From contig OZ024742.1 in assembly GCA_964016885.1 (NCBI GenBank), forward strand, positions 206,336,001 to 206,400,000: a stretch of 64,000 nucleotides of DNA, read 5' to 3'. The position numbers and the translations under genes were made by a program. This stretch comes from Eledone cirrhosa (taxonomy: Eukaryota). Positions 1-15,000 of this stretch are shown here, one piece after another. Under the pieces are notes generated by a model. That model saw only the letters and a list, made by a program, of their open reading frames with translations, did not search any database and was not told the DNA's origin. Each line of letters starts with the position of its first letter. Position 1 is the first letter of the stretch.

Positions 1-3000
1 GTGGTAGTGGTTACAGTAATGGTGGTAGTGGTTATAGTATTGGTGGTAGTGGTTACAGTAATGGTGGTAGTGGTTACAGTTGTGGTGGTAATGGTTACAG
101 TGGTGGTGGTAGTGGTTACAGTAATGGTGGCAGTGGTTACAATGGTGGTGTTTTGGCAACAATAATGGTGGTAGTGGTTACAGTGGTTGTGGTAGTGATT
201 ATAGTGGTGGTGGTAGTGGTTACAGTGGTGGTAGCAGTGGTTACAGTGGTGGTGGTAGTGGTAACACTATTGATGGTAGTATTTACAGTAATGGTGGTAG
301 TAGTTACAGTAATGATGGTAGTAGTTATAGTTGTGGTGGTAATGGTTACAGTGGTGGTGGTTGTGGTTGTGGTTACAGTAATGGTGGTAGTGGTTACAGT
401 AATGGTGGTAGTGGTTACAGTAATGGTGGTAGTGGTTATAGTATTGGTGGTAGTGGTTACAGTAATGGTGGTAGTGGTTACAGTTGTGGTGGTAATGGTT
501 GCAGTGGTGGTGGTAGTGGTTACAGTAATGGTGGCAGTGGTTACAATGGTGGTGTTTTGGCTACAATAATGGTGGTAGTGGTTACAGTGGTTGTGGTAGT
601 GTTTATAGTGGTGGTGGTAGTGGTTACAGTGGTGGTAGCAGTGGTTACAGTGGTGGTGGTAGTGGTTACACTATTGATGGTAGTATTTACAGTAATGGTG
701 GTAGTAGTTACAGTAATGATGGTAGTAGTTATAGTTGTGGTGGTAATGGTTACAGTGGTGGTGGTTGTGGTTACAGTAATGGTGGTAGTGGTTACAGTAA
801 TGGTGGTAGTGGTTACAGTAATGGTGGCAGTACAGTAATGGTGGTAGTGGTTACAGTGGTGGTGGTTTTGGCTACAATAATGGTGGTAGTGTTTACAGTG
901 GTGGTAGTTGTGGTTACAGTAATGGTGGTAGTGGTTACAGTAATGGTGGTAGGGGTTAGAGTGGTGGTGATAGTGGTTACAGTAACGGTGGTAGTGGTGA
1001 CATTAGTGGTGGTAGGGGTTACAGTAATAGTTGTAGTGTTTACAGTAATGGTGGTGGTGGTTACAGTAATGGTGGCAGTGGTTACAGTAATGGTGGTAGT
1101 AGTTATAGTAATGATGGTAGTGGTTACAGTAAAGGTGGTAGTGGTTACAGTAATGGTGGTAGTGGTTACAGTAATGGTGGTAGTGGTTACAGTGGTGGTG
1201 CGTTAGTAGTTATAGTAATGGTGTTAGTAGCTACAGTAATGGTGGTATTAGTTAGAGTAATGGTTGTAGTGGTTACAATAATGGAGGTAGTGGCTACAGT
1301 AATGGTGGTAGTGGTTACAGTAATGGTGGTAGTGGTTACAGCAATGCTGGTAGTGGTTAGAGTAACGGTGGTAGTAGTTATAGTAATGGTGGTAGTGGTT
1401 ACAGTGGTGGTGTGGTAGTAGTTACAGTAATGGTGGTAGTGTTTACAATAATTGTGGTAGTGGTTACGGTGGTGGTGGTAGTGGTTACAGTGGTGGGGGT
1501 AGTAGTTACAGTAATGGTGGTAGTGGTTACAGTAAAGGTGGTAGTCGTTACAGTAATGGTTTAGTGGTTAAAGTAATGGTGGTTGTGGTTACAGTAATGG
1601 TAGTAGTGGTTACAGTGGTGGTGGTAGTGCATACAGTAATGGTGGAGGTGGTTACAGTGGTGGTGGTTACAGTGGTGGTAGTAGTGGTTAAAGTAATGGT
1701 GGTAGTTGTTACAATAATGGTGGTAGTGGTTACAGTGGTGGTGGTAGTGATTACAGTAATGGTGGTAGTGGTTACAGTAATGGTGGTAGTGGTTATAGTA
1801 TTGGTGGTAGTGGTTACAGTAATGGTGGTAGTGGTTACAGTGGTGGTGGTAGTGGTTACAGTAATGGTGGTAGTAGTTACAGTGGCAGTGGTAGTGGTTA
1901 CAGTTATGGTGGTAGTAGTTACAGTAATGGTGGTAGTGGTTACAGTGGTGGTGGTAGTGGTTACAGTAATGGTAGTAGTGGTTAAAGTAATGGTGGTTGT
2001 GGTTACAGTAATGGTGGTAGTGGTTACAGTAATGGTGGTAGTTGTTACAATAATGGTGGTAGTGGTTACAGTGGTGGTGGTAGTGGTTACAGTAATGCTG
2101 GTAGTGGTTATAGTAATGGTGGTAGTGGTTACAGTAAAGGTGGTAGTAGTTACAGTTGTGGTGGTAATGGTTACAGTGGTGGTGGTAGTGGTTACAGTAA
2201 TGGTGGTAGTGGTTACAGTGGTGGTGGTAGTGGTTACAGTAATGGTGGTAGTGGTTACAGTGGTGGTGGTAGTCGTTATAGTAATGGTGGTAGTAGTTAC
2301 AGTGGCAGTGGTAGTGGTTACAGTAATGGTGGTAGTTGTTACAATAATGGTGGTAGTGGTTACAGTGGTGGTGGTAGTGATTACAGTAATGGTGGTAGTG
2401 GTTACAGTAATGGTGGTAGTGGTTATAGTATTGGTGGTAGTGGTTACAGTAATGGTGGTAGTGGTTACAGTTGTGGTGGTAATGGTTACAGTGGTGGTGG
2501 TAGTGGTTACAGTAATGGTGGCAGTGGTTACAATGGTGGTGTTTTGGCAACAATAATGGTGGTAGTGGTTACAGTGGTTGTGGTAGTGATTATAGTGGTG
2601 GTGGTAGTGGTTACAGTGGTGGTAGCAGTGGTTACAGTGGTGGTGGTAGTGGTTACACTATTGATGGTAGTATTTACAGTAATGGTGGTAGTAGTTACAG
2701 TAATGATGGTAGTAGTTATAGTTGTGGTGGTAATGGTTACAGTGGTGGTGGTTGTGGTTGTGGTTACAGTAATGGTGGTAGTGGTTACAGTAATGGTGGT
2801 AGTGGTTACAGTAATGGTGGTAGTGGTTATAGTATTGGTGGTAGTGGTTACAGTAATGGTGGTAGTGGTTACAGTTGTGGTGGTAATGGTTACAGTGGTG
2901 GTGGTAGTGGTTACAGTAATGGTGGCAGTGGTTACAATGGTGGTGTTTTGGCTACAATAATGGTGCTAGTGGTTACAGTGGTTGTGGTAGTGTTTATAGT

Positions 3001-6000
3001 GGTGGTGGTAGTGGTTACAGTGGTGGTAGCAGTGGTTACAGTGGTGGTGGTAGTGGTTACACTATTGATGGTAGTATTTACAGTAATGGTGGTAATAGTT
3101 ACAGTAATGATGGTAGTAGTTATAGTTGTGGTGGTAATGGTTACAGTGGTGGTGGTTGTGGTTACAGTAATGGTGGTAGTGGTTACAGTAATGGTGGTAG
3201 TGGTTACAGTAATGGTGGCAGTACAGTAATGGTGGTAGTGGTTACAGTGGTGGTGGTTTTGGCTACAATAATGGTGGTAGTGTTTACAGTGGTGGTAGTT
3301 GTGGTTACAGTAATGGTGGTAGTGGTTACAGTAATGGTGGTAGGGGTTAGAGTGGTGGTGATAGTGGTTACAGTAACGGTGGTAGTGGTGACATTAGTGG
3401 TGGTAGGGGTTACAGTAATAGTTGTAGTGTTTACAGTAATGGTGGTGGCGGTTACAGTAATGGTGGCAGTGGTTACAGTAATGGTGGTAGTAGTTATAGT
3501 AATGATGGTAGTGGTTACAATAAAGGTGGTAGTGGTTACAGTAATGGTGGTAGTGGTTACAGTAATGGTGGTATTGGTTACAGTGGTGGTGCGTTAGTAG
3601 TTATAGTAATGGTGTTAGTAGCTACAGTAATGGTGGTAGTAGTTAGAGTAATGGTTGTAGTGGTTACAATAATGGAGGTAGTGGCTACAGTAATGGTGGT
3701 AGTGGTTACAGTAATGGTGGTAGTGGTTACAGCAATGCTGGTAGTGGTTAGAGTAACGGTGGTAGTAGTTATAGTAATGGTGGTAGTGGTTACAGTGGTG
3801 GTGTGGTAGTAGTTACAGTAATGGTGCTAGTGTTTACAGTAATTGTGGTAGTGGTTACGGTGGTGGTGGTAGTGGTTACAGTGGTGGGGGTAGTAGTTAC
3901 AGTAATGGTGGTAGTGGTTACAGTAAAGGTGGTAGTCGTTACAGTAATGGTTTAGTGGTTAAAGTAATGGTGGTTGTGGTTACAGTAATGGTGGTAGTGG
4001 TTACAGTAATGGTAGTAGTGGTTACAGTGGTGGTGGTAGTGCATACAGTAATGGTGGAGGTGGTTACAGTGGTGGTGGTTACAGTGGTGGTAGTAGTGGT
4101 TAAAGTAATGGTGGTAGTTGTTACAATATTGGTGGTAGTGGTTACAGTGGTGGTGGTAGTGATTACAGTAATGGTGGTAGTGGTTACAGTAATGGTGGTA
4201 GTGGTTATAGTATTGGTGGTAGTGGTTACAGTAATGGTGGTAGTGGTTACAGTGGTGGTGGTAGTGGTTACAGTAATGGTGGTAGTAGTTACAGTGGCAG
4301 TGGTAGTGGTTACAGTTATGGTGGTAGTAGTTACAGTAATGGTGGTAGTGGTTACAGTGGTGGTGGTAGTGGTTACAGTAATGGTAGTAGTGGTTAAAGT
4401 AATGGTGGTTGTGGTTACAGTAATGGTGGTAGTTGTTACAGTAATGGTGGTAGTTGTTACAATAATGGTGGTAGTGGTTACAGTGGTGGTGATAGTGGTT
4501 ACAGTAACGGTGGTAGTGGTGACATTAGTGGTGGTATGGGTTACAGTAATAGTTGTAGTGTTTACAGTAATGGTGGTGGTGGTTACAGTAATGGTGGCAG
4601 TGGTTACAGTAATGGTGGTAGTAGTTATAGTAATGATGGTAGTGGTTACAGTAAAGGTGGTAGTGGTTACAGTAATGGTGGTAGTGGTTACAGTAATGGT
4701 GGTAGTGGTTACAGTGGTGGTGCGTTAGTAGTTATAGTAATGGTGTTAGTAGCTACAGTAATGGTGGTAGTAGTTAGAGTAATGGTTGTAGTGGTTACAA
4801 TAATGGAGGTAGTGGCTACAGTAATGGTGGTAGTGGTTACAATAATGGTGGTAGTGGTTACAGCAATGCTGGTAGTGGTTAGAGTAACGGTGGTAGTAGT
4901 TATAGTAATGGTGGTAGTGGTTACAGAGGTGGTGTGGTAGTAGTAACAGTAATGGTGGTAGTGTTTACAGTAATTGTGGTAGTGGTTACGGTGGTGGTGG
5001 TAGTGGTTACAGTGGTGGGGGTAGTAGTTACAGTAATGGTGGTAGTGGTTACAGTAAAGGTGGTAGTCGTTACAGTAATGGTTTAGTGGTTAAAGTAATG
5101 GTGGTTGTGGTTACAGTTATGGTGGTAGTAGTTACAGTAATGGTGGTAGTGGTTACAGTGGTGGTGGTAGTGGTTACAGTAATGGTAGTAGTGGTTAAAG
5201 TAATGGTGGTTGTGGTTACAGTAATGGTGGTAGTTGTTACAATAATGGTGGTAGTGGTTACAGTGGTGGTGGTAGTGGTTACAGTAATGCTGGTAGTGGT
5301 TACAGTAATGGTGGTAGTGGTTATAGTAATGGTGGTAGTGGTTACAGTAAAGGTGGTAGTAGTTACAGTTGTGGTGGTAATGGTTACAGTGGTGGTGGTA
5401 GTGGTTACAGTAATGGTGGTAGTGGTTACAGTGGTGGTGGTAGTGGTTACAGTAATGGTGGTAGTGGTTACAGTGGTGGTGGTAGTCGTTATAGTAATGG
5501 TGGTAGTAGTTACAGTGGCAGTGGTAGTGGTTACAGTAATGGTGGTAGTTGTTACAATAATGGTGGTAGTGGTTACAGTGGTGGTGGTAGTGATTACAGT
5601 AATGGTGGTAGTGGTTACAGTAATGGTGGTAGTGGTTATAGTATTGGTGGTAGTGGTTACAGTAATGGTGGTAGTGGTTACAGTTGTGGTGGTAATGGTT
5701 ACAGTGGTGGTGGTAGTGGTTACAGTAATGGTGGCAGTGGTTACAATGGTGGTGTTTTGGCAACAATAATGGTGGTAGTGGTTACAGTGGTGGTAGCAGT
5801 GGTTACAGTGGTGGTGGTAGTGGTTACACTATTGATGGTAGTATTTACAGTAATGGTGGTAGTAGTTACAGTAATGATGGTAGTAGTTATAGTTGTGGTG
5901 GTAATGGTTACAGTGGTGGTGGTTGTGGTTGTGGTTACAGTAATGGTGGTAGTGGTTACAGTAATGGTGGTAGTGGTTACAGTAATGGTGGTAGTGGTTA

Positions 6001-9000
6001 TAGTATTGGTGGTAGTGGTTACAGTAATGGTGGTAGTGGTTACAGTTGTGGTGGTAATGGTTGCAGTGGTGGTGGTAGTGGTTACAGTAATGGTGGCAGT
6101 GGTTACAATGGTGGTGTTTTGGCTACAATAATGGTGGTAGTGGTTACAGTGGTTGTGGTAGTGTTTATAGTGGTGGTGGTAGTGGTTACAGTGGTGGTAG
6201 CAGTGGTTACAGTGGTGGTGGTAGTGGTTACACTATTGATGGTAGTATTTACAGTAATGGTGGTAGTAGTTACAGTAATGATGGTAGTAGTTATAGTTGT
6301 GGTGGTAATGGTTACAGTGGTGGTGGTTGTGGTTACAGTAATGGTGGTAGTGGTTACAGTAATGGTGGTAGTGGTTACAGTAATGGTGGCAGTACAGTAA
6401 TGGTGGTAGTGGTTACAGTGGTGGTGGTTTTGGCTACAATAATGGTGGTAGTGTTTACAGTGGTGGTAGTTGTGGTTACAGTAATGGTGGTAGTGGTTAC
6501 AGTAATGGTGGTAGGGGTTAGAGTGGTGGCGATAGTGGTTACAGTAACGGTGGTAGTGGTGACATTAGTGGTGGTAGGGGTTACAGTAATAGTTGTAGTG
6601 TTTACAGTAATGGTGGTGGTGGTTACAGTAATGGTGGCAGTGGTTACAGTAATGGTGGTAGTAGTTATAGTAATGATGGTAGTGGTTACAGTAAAGGTGG
6701 TAGTGGTTACAGTAATGGTGGTAGTGGTTACAGTAATGGTGGTAGTGGTTACAGTGGTGGTGCGTTAGTAGTTATAGTAATGGTGTTAGTAGCTACAGTA
6801 ATGGTGGTAGTGGTTACAGCAATGCTGGCAGTGGTTAGAGTAACGGTGGTAGTAGTTGTAGTAATGGTGGTAGTGGTTACAGTGGTGGTGTGGTAGTAGT
6901 TACAGTAATGGTGGTAGTGTTTACAGTAATTGTGGTAGTGGTTACGGTGGTGGTGGTAGTGGTTACAGTGGTGGGGTTAGTAGTTACAGTAATGGTGGTA
7001 GTGGTTACAGTAAAGGTGGTAGTCGTTACAGTAATGGTTTAGTGGTTAAAGTAATGGTGGTTGTGGTTACAGTAATGGTAGTAGTGGTTACAGTGGTGGT
7101 GGTAGTGCATACAGTAATGGTGGAGTTGGTTACAGTGGTGGTGGTTACAGTGGTGGTAGTAGTGGTTAAAGTAATGGTGGTAGTTGTTACAATAATGGTG
7201 GTAGTGGTTACAGTGGTGGTGGTAGTGATTACAGTAATGGTGGTAGTGGTTACAGTAATGGTGGTAGTGGTTATAGTATTGGTGGTAGTGGTTACAGTAA
7301 TGGTGGTAGTGGTTACAGTGGTGGTGGTAGTGGTTACAGTAATGGTGGTAGTAGTTACAGTGGCAGTGGTAGTGGTTACAGTTATGGTGGTAGTAGTTAC
7401 AGTAATGGTGGTAGTGGTTACAGTGGTGGTGGTAGTGGTTACAGTAATGGTAGTAGTGGTTAAAGTAATGGTGGTTGTGGTTACAGTAATGGTGGTAGTG
7501 GTTACAGTAATGGTGGTAGTTGTTACAATAATGGTGGTAGTGGTTACAGTGGTGGTGGTAGTGGTTACAGTAATGCTGGTAGTGGTTATAGTAATGGTGG
7601 TAGTGGTTACAGTAAAGGTGGTAGTAGTTACAGTTGTGGTGGTAATAGTTACAGTGGTGGTGGTAGTGGTTACAGTAATGGTGGTAGTGGTTACAGTGGT
7701 GGTGGTAGTGGTTACAGTAATGGTGGTAGTGGTTACAGTGATGGTGGTAGTCGTTATAGTAATGGTGGTAGTAGTTACAGTGGCAGTGGTAGTGGTTACA
7801 GTAATGGTGGTAGTGGTTACAGTTGTGGTGGTAATGGTTACAGTGGTGGTGGTAGTGGTTACAGTAATGGTGGCAGTGGTTACAATGGTGGTGTTTTGGC
7901 TACAATAATGGTGGTAGTGGTTACAGTGGTTGTGGTAGTGTTTATAGTGGTGGTGGTAGTGGTTACAGTGGTGGTAGCAGTGGTTACAGTGGTGGTGGTA
8001 GTGGTTACACTATTGATGGTAGTATTTACAGTAATGGTGGTAATAGTTACAGTAATGATGGTAGTAGTTATAGTTGTGGTGGTAATGGTTACAGTGGTGG
8101 TGGTTGTGGTTACAGTAATGGTGGTAGTGGTTACAGTAATGGTGGTAGTGGTTACAGTAATGGTGGCAGTACAGTAATGGTGGTAGTGGTTACAGTGGTG
8201 GTGGTTTTGGCTACAATAATGGTGGTAGTGTTTACAGTGGTGGTAGTTGTGGTTACAGTAATGGTGGTAGTGGTTACAGTAATGGTGGTAGGGGTTAGAG
8301 TGGTGGTGATAGTGGTTACAGTAACGGTGGTAGTGGTGACATTAGTGGTGGTAGGGGTTACAGTAATAGTTGTAGTGTTTACAGTAATGGTGGTGGTGGT
8401 TACAGTAATGGTGGCAGTGGTTACAGTAATGGTGGTAGTAGTTATAGTAATGATGGTAGTGGTTACAGTAAAGGTGGTAGTGGTTACAGTAATGGTGGTA
8501 GTGGTTACAGTAATGGTGGTATTGGTTACAGTGGTGGTGCGTTAGTAGTTATAGTAATGGTGTTAGTAGCTACAGTAATGGTGGTAGTAGTTAGAGTAAT
8601 GGTTGTAGTGGTTACAATAATGGAGGTAGTGGCTACAGTAATGGTGGTAGTGGTTACAGTAATGGTGGTAGTGGTTACAGCAATGCTGGTAGTGGTTAGA
8701 GTAACGGTGGTAGTAGTTATAGTAATGGTGGTAGTGGTTACAGTGGTGGTGTGGTAGTAGTTACAGTAATGGTGGTAGTGTTTACAGTAATTCTGGTAGT
8801 GGTTACGGTGGTGGGGGTAGTGGTTACAGTAAAGGTGGTAGTCGTTACAGTAATGGTTTAGTGGTTAAAGTAATGGTGGTTGTGGTTACAGTAATGGTGG
8901 TAGTGGTTACAGTAATGGTAGTAGTGGTTACAGTGGTGGTGGTAGTGCATACAGTAATGGTGGAGGTGGTTACAGTGGTGGTGGTTACAGTGGTGGTAGT

Positions 9001-12000
9001 AGTGGTTAAAGTAATGGTGGTAGTTGTTACAATATTGGTGGTAGTGGTTACAGTGGTGGTGGTAGTGATTACAGTAATGGTGGTAGTGGTTACAGTAATG
9101 GTGGTAGTGGTTATAGTATTGGTGGTAGTGGTTACAGTAATGGTGGTAGTGGTTACAGTGGTGGTGGTAGTGGTTACAGTAATGGTGGTAGTAGTTACAG
9201 TGGCAGTGGTAGTGGTTACAGTTATGGTGGTAGTAGTTACAGTAATGGTGGTAGTGGTTACAGTGGTGGTGGTAGTGGTTACAGTAATGGTAGTAGTGGT
9301 TAAAGTAATGGTGGTTGTGGTTACAGTAATGGTGGTAGTGGTTACAGTAATGGTGGTAGTTGTTACAATAATGGTGGTAGTGGTTACAGTGGTGGTGGTA
9401 GTGGTTACAGTAATCGTGGTAGTGGTTATAGTAATGGTGGTAGTGGTTACAGTAAAGGTGGTAGTAGTTACAGTTGTGGTGGTAATGGTTACAGTGGTGG
9501 TGGTAGTGGTTACAGTAATGGTGGTAGTGGTTACAGTGGTGGTGGTAGTGGTTACAGTAATGGTGGTAGTGGTTAAAGTGGTGGTGGTAGTCGTTATAGT
9601 AATGGTGGTAGTAGTTACAGTGGCAGTGGCAGTGGTTACAGTAATGGTGGTAGTTGTTACAATAATGGTGGTAGTGGTTACAGTGGTGGTGGTAGTGATT
9701 ACAGTAATGGTGGTAGTGGTTACAGTAATGGTGGTAGTGGTTATAGTATTGGTGGTAGTGGTTACAGTAATGGTGGTAGTGGTTACAGTTGTGGTGGTAA
9801 TGGTTACAGTGGTGGTGGTAGTGGTTACAGTAATGGCGGCAGTGGTTACAATGGTGGTGTTTTGGCTACAATAATGGTGGTAGTGGTTACAGTGGTTGTG
9901 GTAGTGTTTATAGTGGTGGTGGTAGTGGTTACAGTGGTGGTAGCAGTGGTTACAGTGGTGGTGGTAGTGGTTACACTATTGATGGTAGTATTTACAGTAA
10001 TGGTGGTAGTAGTTACAGTAATGATGGTAGTAGTTATAGTTGTGGTGGTAATGGTTACAGTGGTGGTGGTTGTGGTTACAGTAATGGTGGTAGTGGTTAC
10101 AGTAATGGTGGTAGTGGTTACAGTAATGGTGGTAGTGGTTATAGTATTGGTGGTAGTGGTTACAGTAATGGTGGTAGTGGTTACAGTTGTGGTGGTAATG
10201 GTTACAGTGGTGGTGGTAGTGGTTACAGTAATGGTGGCAGTGGTTACAATGGTGGTGTTTTGGCTACAATAATGGTGGTAGTGGTTACAGTGGTTGTGGT
10301 AGTGTTTATAGTGGTGGTGGTAGTGGTTACAGTGGTGGTAACAGTGGTTACAGTGGTGGTGGTAGTGGTTACACTATTGAGGGTAGTATTTACAGTAATG
10401 GTGGTAGTAGTTACAGTAATGATGGTAGTAGTTATAGTTGTGGTGGTAATGGTTACAGTGGTGGTGGTTGTGGTTACAGTAATGGTGGTAGTGGTTACAG
10501 TAATGGTGGTAGTGGTTACAGTAATGGTGGCAGTACAGTAATGGTGGTAATGGTTACAGTGGTGGTGGTTTTGGCTACAATAATGGTGGTAGTGTTTACA
10601 GTGGTGGTAGTTGTGGTTACAGTAATGGTGGTAGTGGTTACAGTAATGGTGGTAGGGGTTAGAGTGGTGGTGATAGTGGTTACAGTAACGGTGGTAGTGG
10701 TGACATTAGTGGTGGTAGGGGTTACAGTAATAGTTGTAGTGTTTACAGTAATGGTGGTGGTGGTTACAGTAATGGTGGCAGTGGTTAAAGTAATGATGGT
10801 AGTAGTTAGAGTAATGGTTGTAGTGGTTACAATAATGGAGGTAGTGGCTACAGTAATGGTGGTAGTGGTTACAGTAATGGTGGTAGTGGTTACAGCAATG
10901 CTGGTAGTGGTTAGAGTAACGGTGGTAGTAGTTATAATAATGGTGGTAGTGGTTACAGTGGTGGTGGTAGTGGTTACACTAATGGTGGCAGTGGTTACAA
11001 TGGTGGTGTTTTGGCTACAATAATGGTGGTAGTGGTTACAGTGGTTGTGGTAGTGTTTATAGTGGTGGTGGTAGTGGTTACAGTGGTGGTAGCAGTGGTT
11101 ACAGTGGTGGTGGTAGTGGTTACACTATTGATGGTAGTATTTACAGTAATGGTGGTAATAGTTACAGTAATGATGGTAGTAGTTATAGTTGTGGTGGTAA
11201 TGGTTACAGTGGTGGTGGTTGTGGTTACAGTAATGGTGGTAGTGGTTACAGTAATGGTGGTAGTGGTTACAGTAATGGTGGCAGTACAGTAATGGTGGTA
11301 GTGGTTACAGTGGTGGTGGTTTTGGCTACAATAATGGTGGTAGTGTTTACAGTGGTGGTAGTTGTGGTTACAGTAATGGTGGTAGTGGTTACAGTAATGG
11401 TGGTAGGGGTTAGAGTGGTGGTGATAGTGGTTACAGTAACGGTGGTAGTGGTGACATTAGTGGTGGTAGGGGTTACAGTAATAGTTGTAGTGTTTACAGT
11501 AATGGTGGTGGTGGTTACAGTAATGGTGGCAGTGGTTACAGTAATGGTGGTAGTAGTTATAGTAATGATGGTAGTGGTTACAGTAAAGGTGGTAGTGGTT
11601 ACAGTAATGGTGGTAGTGGTTACAGTAATGGTGGTATTGGTTACAGTGGTGGTGCGTTAGTAGTTATAGTAATGGTGTTAGTAGCTACAGTAATGGTGGT
11701 AGTAGTTAGAGTAATGGTTGTAGTGGTTACAATAATGGAGGTAGTGGCTACAGTAATGGTGGTAGTGGTTACAGTAATGGTGGTAGTGGTTACAGCAATG
11801 CTGGTAGTGGTTAGAGTAACGGTGGTAGTAGTTATAGTAATGGTGGTAGTGGTTACAGTGGTGGTGTGGTAGTAGTTACAGTAATGGTGGTAGTGTTTAC
11901 AGTAATTGTGGTAGTGGTTACGGTGGTGGGGGTAGTGGTTACAGTAAAGGTGGTAGTCGTTACAGTAATGGTTTAGTGGTTAAAGTAATGGTGGTTGTGG

Positions 12001-15000
12001 TTACAGTAATGGTGGTAGTGGTTACAGTAATGGTAGTAGTGGTTACAGTGGTGGTGGTAGTGCATACAGTAATGGTGGAGGTGGTTACAGTGGTGGTGGT
12101 TACAGTGGTGGTAGTAGTGGTTAAAGTAATGGTGGTAGTTGTTACAATATTGGTGGTAGTGGTTACAGTGGTGGTGGTAGTGATTACAGTAATGGTGGTA
12201 GTGGTTACAGTAATGGTGGTAGTGGTTATAGTATTGGTGGTAGTGGTTACAGTAATGGTGGTAGTGGTTACAGTGGTGGTGGTAGTGGTTACAGTAATGG
12301 TGGTAGTAGTTACAGTGGCAGTGGTAGTGGTTACAGTTATGGTGGTAGTAGTTACAGTAATGGTGGTAGTGGTTACAGTGGTGGTGGTAGTGGTTACAGT
12401 AATGGTAGTAGTGGTTAAAGTAATGGTGGTTGTGGTTACAGTAATGGTGGTAGTGGTTACAGTAATGGTGGTAGTTGTTACAATAATGGTGGTAGTGGTT
12501 ACAGTGGTGGTGGTAGTGGTTACAGTAATCGTGGTAGTGGTTATAGTAATGGTGGTAGTGGTTACAGTAAAGGTGGTAGTAGTTACAGTTGTGGTGGTAA
12601 TGGTTACAGTGGTGGTGGTAGTGGTTACAGTAATGGTGGTAGTGGTTACAGTGGTGGTGGTAGTGGTTACAGTAATGGTGGTAGTGGTTACAGTGGTGGT
12701 GGTAGTCGTTATAGTAATGGTGGTAGTAGTTACAGTGGCAGTGGTAGTGGTTACAGTAATGGTGGTAGTTGTTACAATAATGGTGGTAGTGGTTACAGTG
12801 GTGGTGGTAGTGATTACAGTAATGGTGGTAGTGGTTACAGTAATGGTGGTAGTGGTTATAGTATTGGTGGTAGTGGTTACAGTAATGGTGGTAGTTGTTA
12901 CAATAATGGTGGTAGTGGTTACAGTGGTGGTGGTAGTGGTTACAGTAATGGTGGTAGTGGTTATAGTAATGGTGGTAGTGGTTACAGTAAAGGTGGTAGT
13001 AGTTACAGTTGTGGTGGTAATGGTTACAGTGGTGGTGGTAGTGGTTACAGTAATGGTGGTAGTGGTTACAGTGGTGGTGGTAGTGGTTACAGTAATGGTG
13101 GTAGTGGTTACAGTGGTGGTGGTAGTCGTTATAGTAATGGTGGTAGTAGTTACAGTGGCAGTGGTAGTGGTTACAGTAATGGTGGTAGTTGTTACAATAA
13201 TGGTGGTAGTGGTTACAGTGGTGGTGGTAGTGATTACAGTAATGGTGGTAGTGGTTACAGTAATGGTGGTAGTGGTTATAGTATTGGTGGTAGTGGTTAC
13301 AGTAATGGTGGCAGTGGTTACAATGGTGGTGTTTTGGCTACAATAATGGTGGTAGTGGTTACAGTGGTTGTGGTAGTGTTTATAGTGGTGGTGGTAGTGG
13401 TTACAGTGGTGGTAGCAGTGGTTACAGTGGTGGTGGTAGTGGTTACACTATTGATGGTAGTATTTACAGTAATGGTGGTAGTAGTTACAGTAATGATGGT
13501 AGTAGTTATAGTTGTGGTGGTAATGGTTACAGTGGTGGTGGTTGTGGTTACAGTAATGGTGGTAGTGGTTACGGTAATGGTGGTAGTGGTTACAGTAATG
13601 GTGGTAGTGGTTATAGTATTGGTGGTAGTGGTTACAGTAATGGTGGTAGTGGTTACAGTTGTGGTGGTAATGGTTACAGTGGTGGTGGTAGTGGTTACAG
13701 TAATGGTGGCAGTGGTTACAATGGTGGTGTTTTGGCTACAATAATGGTGGTAGTGGTTACAGTGGTTGTGGTAGTGTTTATAGTGGTGGTGGTAGTGGTT
13801 ACAGTGGTGGTAGCAGTGGTTACAGTGGTGGTGGTAGTGGTTACACTATTGAGGGTAGTATTTACAGTAATGGTGGTAGTAGTTACAGTAATGATGGTAG
13901 TAGTTATAGTTGTGGTGGTAATGGTTACAGTGGTGGTGGTTGTGGTTACAGTAATGGTGGTAGTGGTTACAGTAATGGTGGTAGTGGTTACAGTAATGGT
14001 GGCAGTACAGTAATGGTGGTAATGGTTACAGTGGTGGTGGTTTTGGCTACAATAATGGTGGTAGTGTTTACAGTGGTGGTAGTTGTGGTTACAGTAATGG
14101 TGGTAGTGGTTACAGTAATGGTGGTAGGGGTTAGAGTGGTGGTGATAGTGGTTACAGTAACGGTGGTAGTGGTGACATTAGTGGTGGTAGGGGTTACAGT
14201 AATAGTTGTAGTGTTTACAGTAATGGTGGTGGTGGTTACAGTAATGGTGGCAGTGGTTAAAGTAATGGTGGTAGTAGTTAGAGTAATGGTTGTAGTGGTT
14301 ACAATAATGGAGGTAGTGGTTACAGTAATGGTGGTAGTGGTTACAGCAATGCTGGTAGTGGTTAGAGTAACGGTGGTAGTAGTTATAGTAATGGTGGTAG
14401 TGGTTACAGTGGTGGTGGTAGTGGTTACAGTAATGGTGGTAGTAGTTACAGTGGTGCTGGTAGTGGCTACAGTAATGGTGGTAGTAGTTACAGTGTTGCT
14501 GGTAGTGGTTACAGTAATTGTGGTAGTGGTTACAGTAATGGTGGTAGTGGTTATAGTGGTGGTGTCGTAGTAGTTACAGTAATGGTGGTAGTGTTTACAG
14601 TAATGGTGGTAGCAGTTACAGTAATGGTGGTAGTGGTTACAGTAATGGTGGTAGTGGTTATAGTGGTTCTGGTAGTGGTTACAGTAATGGTGGTAGTGGT
14701 TACAGTAATGGTGGTAGTGGTTACAGTGGTGCTGGTAGTGGTTACAGTAATGGTGGTAGTGATTACAGTAATGGTGGTAGTAGTTACAATAATGGTGGTA
14801 GTGGTTACACTAATGTTGGTAGTGGCTACAGTAATGGTGGTAGTTGTGAAAGTAATGGTGGTAGTGGTTACATGGTGGTGGTATTGCTTACACTAATGGT
14901 GGTAGTGTTACAGTAGTGGTGGTAGTGGTTACAGTAATGTTGGTAGTGGTTATAGTTATGGTGGTAGTTGTGACAGTAATGGTGGTAGTGGTTACAGCAA